Virus record (IMG/VR): IMGVR_UViG_3300033406_000004
Length of the DNA: 64,000 nt
Source: an uncultured virus (IMG/VR IMGVR_UViG_3300033406_000004)
Taxonomy: Duplodnaviria; Heunggongvirae; Uroviricota; Caudoviricetes
Reading direction: 5' to 3' (one strand)
Every line of letters starts with the position of its first letter. Position 1 is the first letter of the stretch. Below are positions 16,235 to 26,292 of this stretch, piece after piece. The notes under the pieces are model-generated. The model searched no databases. It saw only the letters and a list, made by a program, of their open reading frames with translations, and was not told where the DNA came from. The translations under genes and the position numbers were made by a program.

Positions 16235-18994
16235 ATGGCAACAAAAGTCAACATACCAATCCTTGGTATAACCCGGAACACGGACGATGGAATGTCCAAA
16301 GACGGTGAATGTATGGAACTCATAAATGCCCGGCTAAAAGACGGCTCCATTGAGCCTATAGGCAACCCGATACAACTCTCCTATTTCGATAAACAATACA
16401 AGTCCGCTTATTACCATTCCATGACGGATAAATACTTGTTTATCCGCTCTTCCGATGGAAGCGTGGATGTTTTATCCAAAGATTTCGCCACCAGCTATAT
16501 TTTATCAAGTGATATCTCCGGAGTAAAGAGGATAGAGTTCATTGGATATATGGTTTGCTTATTTAAGGAGGATCATATCGTATATTGTATTTATGATAAT
16601 GGCGAGTATAAGTATTTAGGTAAACAGCCTGAAATGCCTACACTAAAAATAAGTAAAGAGTACGATTATAATCTGGTTGTGACAGAGAGTGAATATTACC
16701 AGAGAGGCGCGCCTCCGACGACCTCGTCGGAATATGATCCGGGATTAGACCTTACTAAAATTGGATACGGCTTTTTTGACGAATGCATCTCTTCATTAAA
16801 TAAAAAGGGATGTTTCATTGACAGGACTTTAATACGATACGCCTTTAGACTATATGATGGAAGTTACATTATGCATTCCCCCGTATACCTTGTTCAAAAT
16901 GACGGTTCTGTAACCGTTACTTTTAAATACGGATCCACATCCAGCAGGGAAGAAGATTTCTGGAAAACAGTGACGCTGAAAAGAGGGCCTTATGACAACT
17001 TTCAATATCTGGCCAAATACACAGCTGAAACGAAGGGTACGGACTACTATGAATTTGGAGTTATTGGGTTCTATCCTAAATTTGCATTTTCCAATTTAAA
17101 CTTAGAGGGATGGAGGAATTTAATCGTATCGATTGATGTCTTTGCCACGCGAAGCATAATGGATCAGGAGCTTGATGAAATTGGATTAAAAACACAGGCT
17201 TCTGAATCAGTTTCCGGATTGTCAGGAAAGTACTATCGATATACGCCTAAGGATGCCCTTGAAGTAGGAAGGGATATTGCCAAAGAATACCAGTTTTATA
17301 AAATCGCCGAATATGATTTAAAGGGAAACCTAACCGATAGGATAGAAAATGTTTCAGACGATAACATATCCCTCGAGAATACGCTTACGGACGATGAAAA
17401 TACACACGTTCTAAATACCTCTGGATGTTCGTATGTGTATAACTCCCGGTTACACTTAGGGAATGTGAAGTCTAAGTTTTATGAGGGGTATCCTTCCGAC
17501 TACCTTTATCCGGCAGGTTCAACAGCCACAAATGTAAAAAGAGCGTCCATATCGACCTATCTGGTTTCCACAAATGGTACCGTGGTCGTAAAGAGAGAAT
17601 TCGGACCGGAATTCCCATATCCTAACATCACCCCGTTTCTTGTATATCCTGACAACAGGGCATATAAGATGGTTATTTGCGTAGAGGTAATAACCGGATA
17701 TGTAGACGTTAATGGAACGTCAGTACCTCTCATTACTATTAAGAGACGCGAGTTTACCCTGATTCCACACAAATATTTGAATTTGTCGTATTGCATAAGT
17801 TACACCACTACGGTAATACCCGGACGGGTTAATTCAACAACTTCAACGGCCATAGATTTTGGAGATATCTCGACTTGGGATGATGGAGTTGACGACATAA
17901 CAGAGCAAAACACATTCGAAATACGGCCCCATGTTCTAAAGGTGTCAGCCTTAAATAATCCATTCTATTTTCCGTCCAAAACAACATACACGCCATCGAG
18001 CCATGAAATAATAGCTATTTGTTCGAATACGGCAGCACTGTCACAAGGACAGTTTGGCCAATATCCATTATATGTCTTTTGTAAGGATGGTATCTATGCT
18101 ATGAACGTGGGAACGGATGTTGTTTACGCCAGTTCATCTCCTGTAAGCAGAGACGTATGCAATAACCCCAACTCCGTTAAGGGATTAGATTCAGAAGTCG
18201 CTTTTGCCACGGAACAGGGATTAATGTTGATCAGTGGAACCGCGGTAAAAAACATCTCTACTCCAATAGATGGGTATTTGTCTAGCTGCATCGGCTCCTC
18301 TCCTATTATTCCTAAGATCATGAAGATAGCCAAATTAGATTCATGCGCCTCCGCTTCTATATTCTCCGATTACTGCAGTGGGGCCGGAATTGGATATAAC
18401 TACCAAGAGAGGGAAATAATCGTCTCTAATCCTGATTATTCCTATTCTTATGTGTATTGCTTTAAATCGGATACATGGTGCAAGATTTCTAAAAGGATAA
18501 ATTCGTTTATAAATACCTATCCGGACATATTGGCCTTAGCGGATAGTACACTGGAGGACAATAGTATAATAACCTCCGTCTGGAATCTGCAGAACTCACA
18601 CCGAAGCATAGCGGACATATGCCTTATTACCCGCCCGATCAAGATGGGAACGAATACACATAAGAGAATACTTCAGTCCGCATTAAGAGGCATCGTCAAA
18701 AGGTCATTGTCTGATTTATACCTTCGGGGAGAGCCTGTTCAGTATAGAGGGGAAGGTGTCGAAATATTCTCGAATGTCGGGATGTATATATTAGGATCTA
18801 ATGATGCCGAGCATTTCTCTCTTGTAGCCGGAAAGGAAGGAATGGTAGACGTGAGAGACTTAATAACCAAAATGAATAAATCGAAACCATTCAAATACTT
18901 CATGATTGCCTTAGTCGGAGGAGTAAGAACCGATTTGGCCATTAATTATGTTGAGTGTGTGGTTGATGAATCTTATAATAATAGACTTAGATAA
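16235..18994 (+). CDS. Virion tail nozzle / stabilisation protein (P22 gp10 / T7 tail tubular B-like)
   Basis: 919 aa, beta-rich; N-terminal DGECMELINAR; YNSRLHLGN; SQGQFGQYPLYVF; C-terminal LITRPIK...PFKYF. Confidence 0.65.
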   Translation: MATKVNIPILGITRNTDDGMSKDGECMELINARLKDGSIEPIGNPIQLSYFDKQYKSAYYHSMTDKYLFIRSSDGSVDVLSKDFATSYILSSDISGVKRIEFIGYMVCLFKEDHIVYCIYDNGEYKYLGKQPEMPTLKISKEYDYNLVVTESEYYQRGAPPTTSSEYDPGLDLTKIGYGFFDECISSLNKKGCFIDRTLIRYAFRLYDGSYIMHSPVYLVQNDGSVTVTFKYGSTSSREEDFWKTVTLKRGPYDNFQYLAKYTAETKGTDYYEFGVIGFYPKFAFSNLNLEGWRNLIVSIDVFATRSIMDQELDEIGLKTQASESVSGLSGKYYRYTPKDALEVGRDIAKEYQFYKIAEYDLKGNLTDRIENVSDDNISLENTLTDDENTHVLNTSGCSYVYNSRLHLGNVKSKFYEGYPSDYLYPAGSTATNVKRASISTYLVSTNGTVVVKREFGPEFPYPNITPFLVYPDNRAYKMVICVEVITGYVDVNGTSVPLITIKRREFTLIPHKYLNLSYCISYTTTVIPGRVNSTTSTAIDFGDISTWDDGVDDITEQNTFEIRPHVLKVSALNNPFYFPSKTTYTPSSHEIIAICSNTAALSQGQFGQYPLYVFCKDGIYAMNVGTDVVYASSSPVSRDVCNNPNSVKGLDSEVAFATEQGLMLISGTAVKNISTPIDGYLSSCIGSSPIIPKIMKIAKLDSCASASIFSDYCSGAGIGYNYQEREIIVSNPDYSYSYVYCFKSDTWCKISKRINSFINTYPDILALADSTLEDNSIITSVWNLQNSHRSIADICLITRPIKMGTNTHKRILQSALRGIVKRSLSDLYLRGEPVQYRGEGVEIFSNVGMYILGSNDAEHFSLVAGKEGMVDVRDLITKMNKSKPFKYFMIALVGGVRTDLAINYVECVVDESYNNRLR

Positions 18995-19033
18995 CTTAAA
19001 ACCTAATGCTGTATAGGTGAAGCATATGATATT

Positions 19034-19651
19034 ATGGAGAGATACAAATTGAAAGCATCTGAAAATGAGAACCTTGTTGAAGCTGTTCAGTACACAGGGG
19101 ACAATTTTATAGAATTATGCGCAATCTTCGGAAATGACGCTGAGTTGCGTGAGACCTTAACTCCTATGGGTGATCGTGAAATTTATATTATGATCAAAGA
19201 TAAGACCAATATCATTATTAAAGTCGGTGATTATATTGTAAGGAATTACAGGGGAAATATTATCGCATGTGATAAACAATGCTTTATGGATAATTACGAA
19301 AGAGTAATCTACGGAGAAGGTAGAATAGTCATTAAGCATGAACAGAAAGAGCCAAGCGGTAAAGTGGAAACAACTTTCCCCGCAATAACAACAGGCAAGA
19401 ATTTTGGAGAAGCTCTTGAAGCCGTAAAGAAAGGTAAAGGAATGCGATTGCCATCATGGAAAACGGATGTTGTAATACGATGCTGCTTTCCGAGAAAAGA
19501 AATATATAATGTGACTAAGGATGGAGAATCGGGATGCTACACCCCGCCTATGACTGCGCCATATTTGTATGTTGAATCTCGATTCGGCCGAGTTCCATGG
19601 AAAGAAACGATGATTGAATTATTTGCCGAAAATTGGGAAGTGGTAGAATGA
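19034..19651 (+). CDS. Two-domain protein with C-terminal DUF2829/Tad2-like domain (candidate anti-defence nucleotide sponge)
   Basis: NFGEALEAVKKGKGMRLPSW...PYLY...VPW....ELFAENWEV; N-terminal VEAVQYTG...GDYIV...F...YE domain. Confidence 0.7.
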   Translation: MERYKLKASENENLVEAVQYTGDNFIELCAIFGNDAELRETLTPMGDREIYIMIKDKTNIIIKVGDYIVRNYRGNIIACDKQCFMDNYERVIYGEGRIVIKHEQKEPSGKVETTFPAITTGKNFGEALEAVKKGKGMRLPSWKTDVVIRCCFPRKEIYNVTKDGESGCYTPPMTAPYLYVESRFGRVPWKETMIELFAENWEVVE

Positions 19652-19677
19652 ACTTAAATGCACTCAAGAAAGCATCA

Positions 19678-19704
19678 AAAGAGGGGGATCAATTTCCCCC
19701 TTTT
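19678..19704. terminator. Bidirectional intrinsic terminator
   Basis: AAAGAGGGGGA-tcaatt-TCCCCCTTTT between convergent genes. Confidence 0.75.
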
Positions 19705-19706
19705 AC

Positions 19707-20180
19707 TTATATCCCAGCCAAATCGGTAGACCTTCTTCTCGGATGGCCGGACAACATACCAACATATTTAATCACGGAATATTCCAGCTTTGCTATATTC
19801 TGAAAATAAAGGCCGGCCATTTCAGGCTTTACCATCTCAATCCATTTATAAACGATATAATTGACCACGTAATCAAAAATAGCCTTTCTCAAAAGAGTGC
19901 TTATATATTCAGCATTGGTTTTCACTGTGAACGGATCAATGCTGCACAAAATGGATTTTTCATCCCGAGTGAATGAACTTGATTTGGTCCTTTTCAAAAG
20001 CATTCCGGAAACATCGTTAAGAGCCGTATCCATAAACACGGATAATTCGTCGTAATTATCGGAGCTTGTTTGCGTGATATCAGCATCCACATCCTGCCGT
20101 TTCTTTGATTCACCGGCATAATAGGTCTGCATATCAACCTCTTTCAATATCTCATCAACGAGTAGATTAAACTGAATCAT
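19707..20180 (-). CDS. Putative head-tail adaptor/ring protein, paralog 3
   Basis: EV...TYYAGE.KK N-terminus, DYVVN, basic C-terminus shared with neighbours. Confidence 0.55.
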   Translation of the reverse strand: MIQFNLLVDEILKEVDMQTYYAGESKKRQDVDADITQTSSDNYDELSVFMDTALNDVSGMLLKRTKSSSFTRDEKSILCSIDPFTVKTNAEYISTLLRKAIFDYVVNYIVYKWIEMVKPEMAGLYFQNIAKLEYSVIKYVGMLSGHPRRRSTDLAGI

Positions 20181-20644
20181 GATCTAACCGGTTTTTTCCT
20201 GTGAGAAGCCAACACTCTAATTTCAGCGGACAACTCAGTCAGTTTATTCTCAAAAAGTTTTTCTTCTCCGGGCTTCATAAGGGCCAGCCAGTCTCTCAGG
20301 CAAGTGTCAACCAAATAGTCTTTCATGGCAAGCAAAAGAGCGTCTTTCTGACTATCCATGAAATTAGCGACTGTCTTAGTGGTAAATGTCACATCATCCG
20401 TTCCCCATACACAAGTTGTTTCACCTAATATCTTGGTTAATACATTCGTTAATTTGGTGACACCTGTTTTGATGTAGTCCTTAATAAGATCGTCTTCGTC
20501 ATCGGATGCCTGAATTCTTGCTCCTGCTTCTAGCAACTCAGTGTTATCTTTTCTCGCTTCTCCTGCATAATATGAATTTGCTTGTACTCCTATCACCACA
20601 TCGGCGAGCTTTATAACCGTAGATATCGTTTTACTTCCTTCCAT
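20177..20644 (-). CDS. Putative head-tail adaptor/ring protein, paralog 2
   Basis: SYYAGEARK, DYLVD..L.DW, C-terminal RKKPVRS. Confidence 0.55.
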   Translation of the reverse strand: MEGSKTISTVIKLADVVIGVQANSYYAGEARKDNTELLEAGARIQASDDEDDLIKDYIKTGVTKLTNVLTKILGETTCVWGTDDVTFTTKTVANFMDSQKDALLLAMKDYLVDTCLRDWLALMKPGEEKLFENKLTELSAEIRVLASHRKKPVRS

Positions 20645-20647
20645 AAT

Positions 20648-21070
20648 TTATGATCTTTGAGGTTTCTTTCTTTCAGCTAAATGTTTCTTGATATTAATGG
20701 CAAGATCAAGACATAACTTATCGTAATAGGCTACTTCATCTTTCTTCGAGAGGTTAAACCATCTCTTACAAATGAAATTGACCACGTACTGGTTCATGCA
20801 TCTTGTTAGTGAGGCCAGAACATTTGTGTTCCAGCTTGAAGGCAGATTGAATGCGAATATGGCTTTATCTGTTCCGTCTGTTTTCAGATATCCATGCCGG
20901 GTAATAACTTCGGAAAGTCCGCTTACCGCTTCTCCCCAATAACTCAAAAGGATATTGCTTTCATCTTCTGTAGATGAGACCTTATCCGTCTCTCCTGTAT
21001 TCTTACCTGTATAACCGGTTATTTTGTATACCTCCGGCATTATATCGCTCTGTAAAATAGTTATTTCCAT
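20648..21070 (-). CDS. Putative head-tail adaptor/ring protein, paralog 1
   Basis: EV..ITGYTGK, QYVVN.I...WF, C-terminal RKKPQRS. Confidence 0.55.
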   Translation of the reverse strand: MEITILQSDIMPEVYKITGYTGKNTGETDKVSSTEDESNILLSYWGEAVSGLSEVITRHGYLKTDGTDKAIFAFNLPSSWNTNVLASLTRCMNQYVVNFICKRWFNLSKKDEVAYYDKLCLDLAINIKKHLAERKKPQRS

Positions 21071-21086
21071 TCCGATCTATTTTAGG

Positions 21087-21122
21087 CAAATATATTCATG
21101 GATGAAAAAAGTGAGGTTGCTG
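21087..21122 (-). promoter_or_regulatory. Putative late promoter
   Basis: Minus strand CAGCAACC-N20-TATATTTG. Confidence 0.65.
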
Positions 21123-21426
21123 AATTGCTAAAAGAAATTGCTTGTGAATAAATTAAAATGAAAATAAATGGATTTTATTGTCATTTTACAAAAAACATTA
21201 CTACATTTGGGCGTTTTGGAATAAAAAAATCAATAATCAATAATAATTGGACTACAAATTCCTCTATAGCGCCTCTGTTAAGCTATTGTTTTAGAACATA
21301 TTGTAAATGTAGCATAAAGATACGCTTGCAACATAAAATTAAGTGTTTAAGCATTCATTGCATGATATTAAGCGATATCTTTAAATAAGTAACCTTAGAA
21401 TAAACTGAATTAAAACAAATAAAGTT

Positions 21427-23175
21427 ATGTCATTCTTCCCGCCACTATCCGTTTCAGATGCAATTGAAAAGATTGATTACAATCAGTATTTACTTCCAGC
21501 TATTCAGAGGGATTTTGTATGGTCAAGTAGTAAAATTGAAATGTTGTTTGATTCTCTAATGCAAGGTTACCCTATTGGCTCAATGCTACTTTGGCGAGTT
21601 TGTGGGAAAAATGCAGAAAACCAAAGGTTTTATGGGATGTTGAAGAAATATCGAGAGCGCTATTTGATTCGTTCCGAGGAAGTTTCAACGAAGAATATAC
21701 CAAGCTTTGAGGTTGTTTTAGACGGACAACAAAGATTAACCGCCCTTTATATAGGATTAAAAGGATCTTATGCTTATCATGGTTATAACTTAGCTTGGAA
21801 GGACAATGAATACTCTATTCCAACAAGGTATTTATATCTAAATCTGAAATATAAGAAAAACAGAAAAAATGACCTAAACGATAGTGATGACGATAAGATG
21901 TATGAATTTTCTTTTTTAAAACCGGCTGAAGCTGAAAAAAATGATGCTAATAACAATTGGTTTAAAGTTGGAGATATTCTAGGAATTAAAGGTACAGCAC
22001 AACTATCAGCATGTTTTAAAAAGCATAATATCATAGAAAATGAAGCTCAAGAAATTTTATGCAAATTACACGACATTGTGCATTTAGAAAAACTAATTCA
22101 TTATTATTTGGAAGAAAGCTCTGATTTCACAAGGGCTCTTAATATATTCATTAGAATAAATTCTGGTGGAATTACATTGAGCTATTCAGACTTAGTAATG
22201 TCAACAACTATAATGGGTTGGACAAACTTAGATGCAAAAAAAGAAATAAATGGACTGGTAGATGAACTTGTAAGAGAATACGGATATTCTGTAAATAAAG
22301 ACTTTATTCTTCGAACCTATCTAGTACTATATAATGACGACATAAAGTTCAGAGTTAATAACTTTAGCGTCAAAAACGCCAAAGAATTTGAGAAACATTG
22401 GAGCAACATAAAGTTAGCAATTAGAGAGGTTTTTCAGTTGGTTACAGACTTTGGTTATGCCCCAAACGCGTTAACTTCTCTAAATGCGCTATTACCAATT
22501 GTATTTTATTTATACAAGGCAGATAGAATTGAAAATTTTTGCCAGAAAATAGCCTATAAAAAAGACAGATCGTTAATAAAAAAATGGCTTCACATAGTAC
22601 TTTTACACCAAATATTTGGAGGTCAAGCAGAAGGCGTTTTAAAAGCAATCAGAGATACAATCAAGAAAGAAATTGCAAAAGGAACTGAGCTTTTCCCTGC
22701 AAGTGCAATAGCAACAAGACTCTCTAAAACAAATAAATCAATAACTGTTGATGAAGAGTTTATCCAAGGGCTTTTATATACAAGCAAAGATAGCAGATAT
22801 GCTTTTCCTATTTTAGCCCTACTTTTTCCTCAGTTGGATTACAAAAATAGAGATTTTCACTTAGATCATTGTCATCCACTTTCCGTCTTCACGGAAAAGA
22901 AATTGAAAGCAAGAGGTATTATTCTCGATGATAGCAACAAAGAACATTTCACTAACTGGGATTATTTCAATTCAATTATCAACTTGCAGATGCTTGATGG
23001 AAATGAAAATAAGTCCAAAAATGCAAAGAGCTTAAATACTTGGGTCGCTGAAAATTCAATTCCATTGAAAAAATACTATCTCCCCGATGAACTTGAATTA
23101 AAAGACTTTCCAATATTTGTAGAAAAAAGAATAGCTTTATTAACTAAAGAATTAACCGAAATTTTAGTATTATAA
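21427..23175 (+). CDS. GmrSD-like type IV restriction protein (DUF262 + C-terminal HNH/DUF1524)
   Basis: LPAIQRDFVW, YPIGS.L.W, VLDGQQRLT, IF.RINSGG; C-terminal DHCHP...NLQML...N..KN. Confidence 0.85.
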   Translation: MSFFPPLSVSDAIEKIDYNQYLLPAIQRDFVWSSSKIEMLFDSLMQGYPIGSMLLWRVCGKNAENQRFYGMLKKYRERYLIRSEEVSTKNIPSFEVVLDGQQRLTALYIGLKGSYAYHGYNLAWKDNEYSIPTRYLYLNLKYKKNRKNDLNDSDDDKMYEFSFLKPAEAEKNDANNNWFKVGDILGIKGTAQLSACFKKHNIIENEAQEILCKLHDIVHLEKLIHYYLEESSDFTRALNIFIRINSGGITLSYSDLVMSTTIMGWTNLDAKKEINGLVDELVREYGYSVNKDFILRTYLVLYNDDIKFRVNNFSVKNAKEFEKHWSNIKLAIREVFQLVTDFGYAPNALTSLNALLPIVFYLYKADRIENFCQKIAYKKDRSLIKKWLHIVLLHQIFGGQAEGVLKAIRDTIKKEIAKGTELFPASAIATRLSKTNKSITVDEEFIQGLLYTSKDSRYAFPILALLFPQLDYKNRDFHLDHCHPLSVFTEKKLKARGIILDDSNKEHFTNWDYFNSIINLQMLDGNENKSKNAKSLNTWVAENSIPLKKYYLPDELELKDFPIFVEKRIALLTKELTEILVL

Positions 23176-23328
23176 AAAACTTTCATTTGATAAAAAACCG
23201 ACTGTATAACACAAGTTTATCTGTAATTAACAGCTGATATGCTTTTAGCAAATTCTATTTAGCAAATGCTAAATTCTATAAACTAAGATACTATATTGTA
23301 AAAAAAACAAACATCTAAATATAAACTC

Positions 23329-24618
23329 ATGGAAACAATAAAAGTCAAATACAAAATTATCCCTAAATGCAAAAAAAAACTAACCGAAATCATGGATACA
23401 ATTTGTAGAGATATCAGTTGGGGTACATCTATACCAGAGCTTTCTGCTGCTAAAAATTCGATCCAAAAAGACAAACAATTAGGAAAATATAATCCAGACT
23501 ATTATCAGCCAAGCTATACAATTGACCCTGATGGCTTAATTGAAGTTGAATTCAAGGCCAAAATGTTTAATTTTGAGCGAGAAGGAATGAATCATTTTAT
23601 TGGGACTATCGCTGGTGACATTACAACAAATAATGATATTGAAAAGATTGAAATTGTTGATATAATTTTCGACAAAAGTAATTTAAACAACTTCTTTAAG
23701 GGCCCCACTTCTGGAATAGATATTTTAAAAAATGAAATACTTGCTCCAACTTTGGAAGGGAAAAACAGACCCATAGTAGCGTTTACTGTAAAACCAAGAT
23801 TAGGGTTGACAATTAATCAATACAAGCAAATCATAGAGGAGGCTTCAATGAGTGATATTGATATTATAGAAGATGATGAAAGGCTTGTGGATCCAGATTA
23901 TTGTTTATTCAAAGATAGAGTTAAAGTAATAGGAGAGGTTATTAAAAAAGGCTGTAAATCAAAATTCTCTGTGAATATAACTGGAAATCCAGATTTATTA
24001 GAAGAAAAAATAGAATATGCCTATGACACAGGCATAAGAATATTTAAACTAGATGTTTTAGTCTCTGGATTTGATGTATTAATAAAGCTACGGAATATTC
24101 TAGAAAAATATCCCGAAAAAACAGCAATTACAGTTTTTCCTGATATAAAATCATACCGAAATATACGAAGAGATGTTATTTTGAAGTTATCAAGACTTTG
24201 TGGAGGTGATATTATTTATGCGGGTTCGACAATACTTTCTAGAATGGGGACAATAGAAAACCCAGATGAAATTATAGCACAAGATATTCCTAAACTAATA
24301 CATACACATCGAACACTATCTGAGTCAATAGGAAATATCGACAAAAGAACCTTACCATCGATGACACATGATATCAATCTAAAAAATGTTGAGCTTTTAA
24401 TTTACGGCATGCGTATTTATCAACATCATGACTACGCTTTATTCATAGGCGGTGGAATAAGTGGATTCCCGTATGAATACAGTATAAAAAAATCCTGTGA
24501 ATTATGGATGAAAATGATAAAACATGCAAGCGAAGTTTCCTTACAAGGAAAGAAGTATATAAAAGAGATAAATGATGAAACCTTTTTCAATTTAGATAAT
24601 GAAATTGATTGCTTATAA
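23329..24618 (+). CDS. RuBisCO large-subunit-like protein (divergent form IV/RLP)
   Basis: FKGPTSGI, RPIVAFTVKPRLGL, DIIEDDE, F.DR, VNITG, KLSRLCGGD and IGGGISGFP are colinear with RbcL motifs FQGPPHGI, RPLLGCTIKPKLGL, DFTKDDE, GGG..GHP. Confidence 0.88.
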   Translation: METIKVKYKIIPKCKKKLTEIMDTICRDISWGTSIPELSAAKNSIQKDKQLGKYNPDYYQPSYTIDPDGLIEVEFKAKMFNFEREGMNHFIGTIAGDITTNNDIEKIEIVDIIFDKSNLNNFFKGPTSGIDILKNEILAPTLEGKNRPIVAFTVKPRLGLTINQYKQIIEEASMSDIDIIEDDERLVDPDYCLFKDRVKVIGEVIKKGCKSKFSVNITGNPDLLEEKIEYAYDTGIRIFKLDVLVSGFDVLIKLRNILEKYPEKTAITVFPDIKSYRNIRRDVILKLSRLCGGDIIYAGSTILSRMGTIENPDEIIAQDIPKLIHTHRTLSESIGNIDKRTLPSMTHDINLKNVELLIYGMRIYQHHDYALFIGGGISGFPYEYSIKKSCELWMKMIKHASEVSLQGKKYIKEINDETFFNLDNEIDCL

Positions 24619-25139
24619 TAACAAAATTAGCATACATGGTACCTATCAGTTTTGATATATATTTTAAAATAATTGGAGGCATTGGCCTATTGAGCTTATT
24701 GCCTCAAATTACATCAATCTTCAAGATATTTGATGAAATAGAGAAATGTAAACTAGAAATAGAGAAACAAAGAACAATTGACCCTCACACAGAAAGACCA
24801 AATAAATTTGACAAAGAAATAGAAGATAATATAAAAAAAGCAGGGAATATGAAACCATTTATTAACAAATTTATGATAATCTTCGCTCTTTCAGTTTTTT
24901 CATCAATAATTTACGCTATATGCAAAGATATACCATATTTATCTAATGAAATATGGTATTCAAATTTTATTTCAATTGTTAGTTATATTTTCTTTATTTG
25001 TATACCCTTCTATTTTACAATATCAATTTATAGATTTTTCAATTTATATTATTTAATGATCCATTATAGTTCATTTAAAAATATTTATAACTATAAAAAA
25101 AATGAGACTAATAAGAAAAAACATTTTACTTTTAGATGA
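24609..25139 (+). CDS. Three-TM membrane protein (alternative start 24636)
   Basis: Hydrophobic segments IIGGIGLLSLL, FMIIFALSVFSSIIYAI, FISIVSYIFFICIPFYFTI; overlaps both neighbours. Confidence 0.65.
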   Translation: MLIITKLAYMVPISFDIYFKIIGGIGLLSLLPQITSIFKIFDEIEKCKLEIEKQRTIDPHTERPNKFDKEIEDNIKKAGNMKPFINKFMIIFALSVFSSIIYAICKDIPYLSNEIWYSNFISIVSYIFFICIPFYFTISIYRFFNLYYLMIHYSSFKNIYNYKKNETNKKKHFTFR

Positions 25140-26292
25140 GGTTGATTCTAATAAAAGCATTTTAGTGAATATCCCCGTTGGAATCATTATCAAGAATCAG
25201 GATACCTTAATAGAATATAATGAGGATTATATTATTGTTGAGCATACAGAGAAATATGATGACGATTTTTGGAAACAAATTAAGTTATATAAATCAGGAA
25301 ATATTGCAAATTTCATCTTTAATAATGAAGAACTAACAATATCCCTTGTGTACAACAATAACGACTATCTAAATGCAATAGGGCTTATTAAAGATTATCA
25401 TTACATAAAACACATCCCTAATGGATTGTTTATTACATTAAAGAGGAAACAAGACATATTAGGTGTTATTGTAATATCAAAACTAACGTATACAACACCT
25501 ACTGGACGTCAAATATATTTTTCAGGAAATTTAATTAATAAAGATTTAAAAAAAGAATTGAATGACTACGCAAACCATTGTATATGCTGGATTAGCCGGA
25601 TAGTCATTGAAGAAAAATCGAAAGGATATGGAGAAGCATTTTTGAATCAACTCCCTGAGTTTTTACTTTCTATTTTCCCAAATAAGAAATTAGAATTTAT
25701 AGAAGTTCTTACTTCGATTAAAGAAGAAGATGTTGCCAACAAGTTAAACCAACAGAATATTAATATTAGCGATTTTAAGTTATTTCAGTATAAAAAAGAT
25801 TTCTTTAGGAAAGTTGGCTATTTAAATGTAAACTTACCAGATAAAAATATCCTTGGAATTAGAAAAAATAGAATTTTTGAGAAGGATAACATAGTATTCA
25901 AAAAAGTAAAGATAAAAAAATTTTATTATATGAATGAAATAAATTCACAAAACAGATTATTCATTCCACTAAATGGAGAAGCATATAAATGGTTCAAAAG
26001 TGGAAATAAACAATGGGAAGTCCGCAAACTAAATGTTGGACAATATAACTTAAAAAACCTGATTGTTGGAAGAAAAGTCGAATTAAGACTTGGATATAGA
26101 CCTGGCAATAGTATTTGGGGCATTATAAAAGAAGTTCGAACCTATGATAATGCAAATAATCTAGTAAATGAAATTGATTTTAAACATCTAATACCGAGTG
26201 CCAATGATTCGAATGAAGCAACCCAGAAAATCATTGATTATGTTGGTTCTGAATCAAAAATAATAGCAATAAAAATACAATACGATGAGTAA
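25102..26292 (+). CDS. GNAT-like acetyltransferase fused to C-terminal ASCH/PUA domain
   Basis: WISRIVIEEKSKGYGEAFL, FIEVLT, FFRKVGY (GNAT); IPLNGEAYKWFKSGNKQWEVR...GRKVELRLGY...IIAIKI (ASCH). Confidence 0.75.
   Translation: MRLIRKNILLLDEVDSNKSILVNIPVGIIIKNQDTLIEYNEDYIIVEHTEKYDDDFWKQIKLYKSGNIANFIFNNEELTISLVYNNNDYLNAIGLIKDYHYIKHIPNGLFITLKRKQDILGVIVISKLTYTTPTGRQIYFSGNLINKDLKKELNDYANHCICWISRIVIEEKSKGYGEAFLNQLPEFLLSIFPNKKLEFIEVLTSIKEEDVANKLNQQNINISDFKLFQYKKDFFRKVGYLNVNLPDKNILGIRKNRIFEKDNIVFKKVKIKKFYYMNEINSQNRLFIPLNGEAYKWFKSGNKQWEVRKLNVGQYNLKNLIVGRKVELRLGYRPGNSIWGIIKEVRTYDNANNLVNEIDFKHLIPSANDSNEATQKIIDYVGSESKIIAIKIQYDE

Noticed and set aside
21158..21388. 76-aa ORF
   Set aside because: Low-complexity AT-rich intergenic region containing promoter boxes; no protein-like features
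23329..24618. CO2-fixing RuBisCO / auxiliary carbon fixation gene
   Set aside because: Lys201 and several other catalytic residues appear substituted; no small subunit, PRK or AMP-pathway genes nearby
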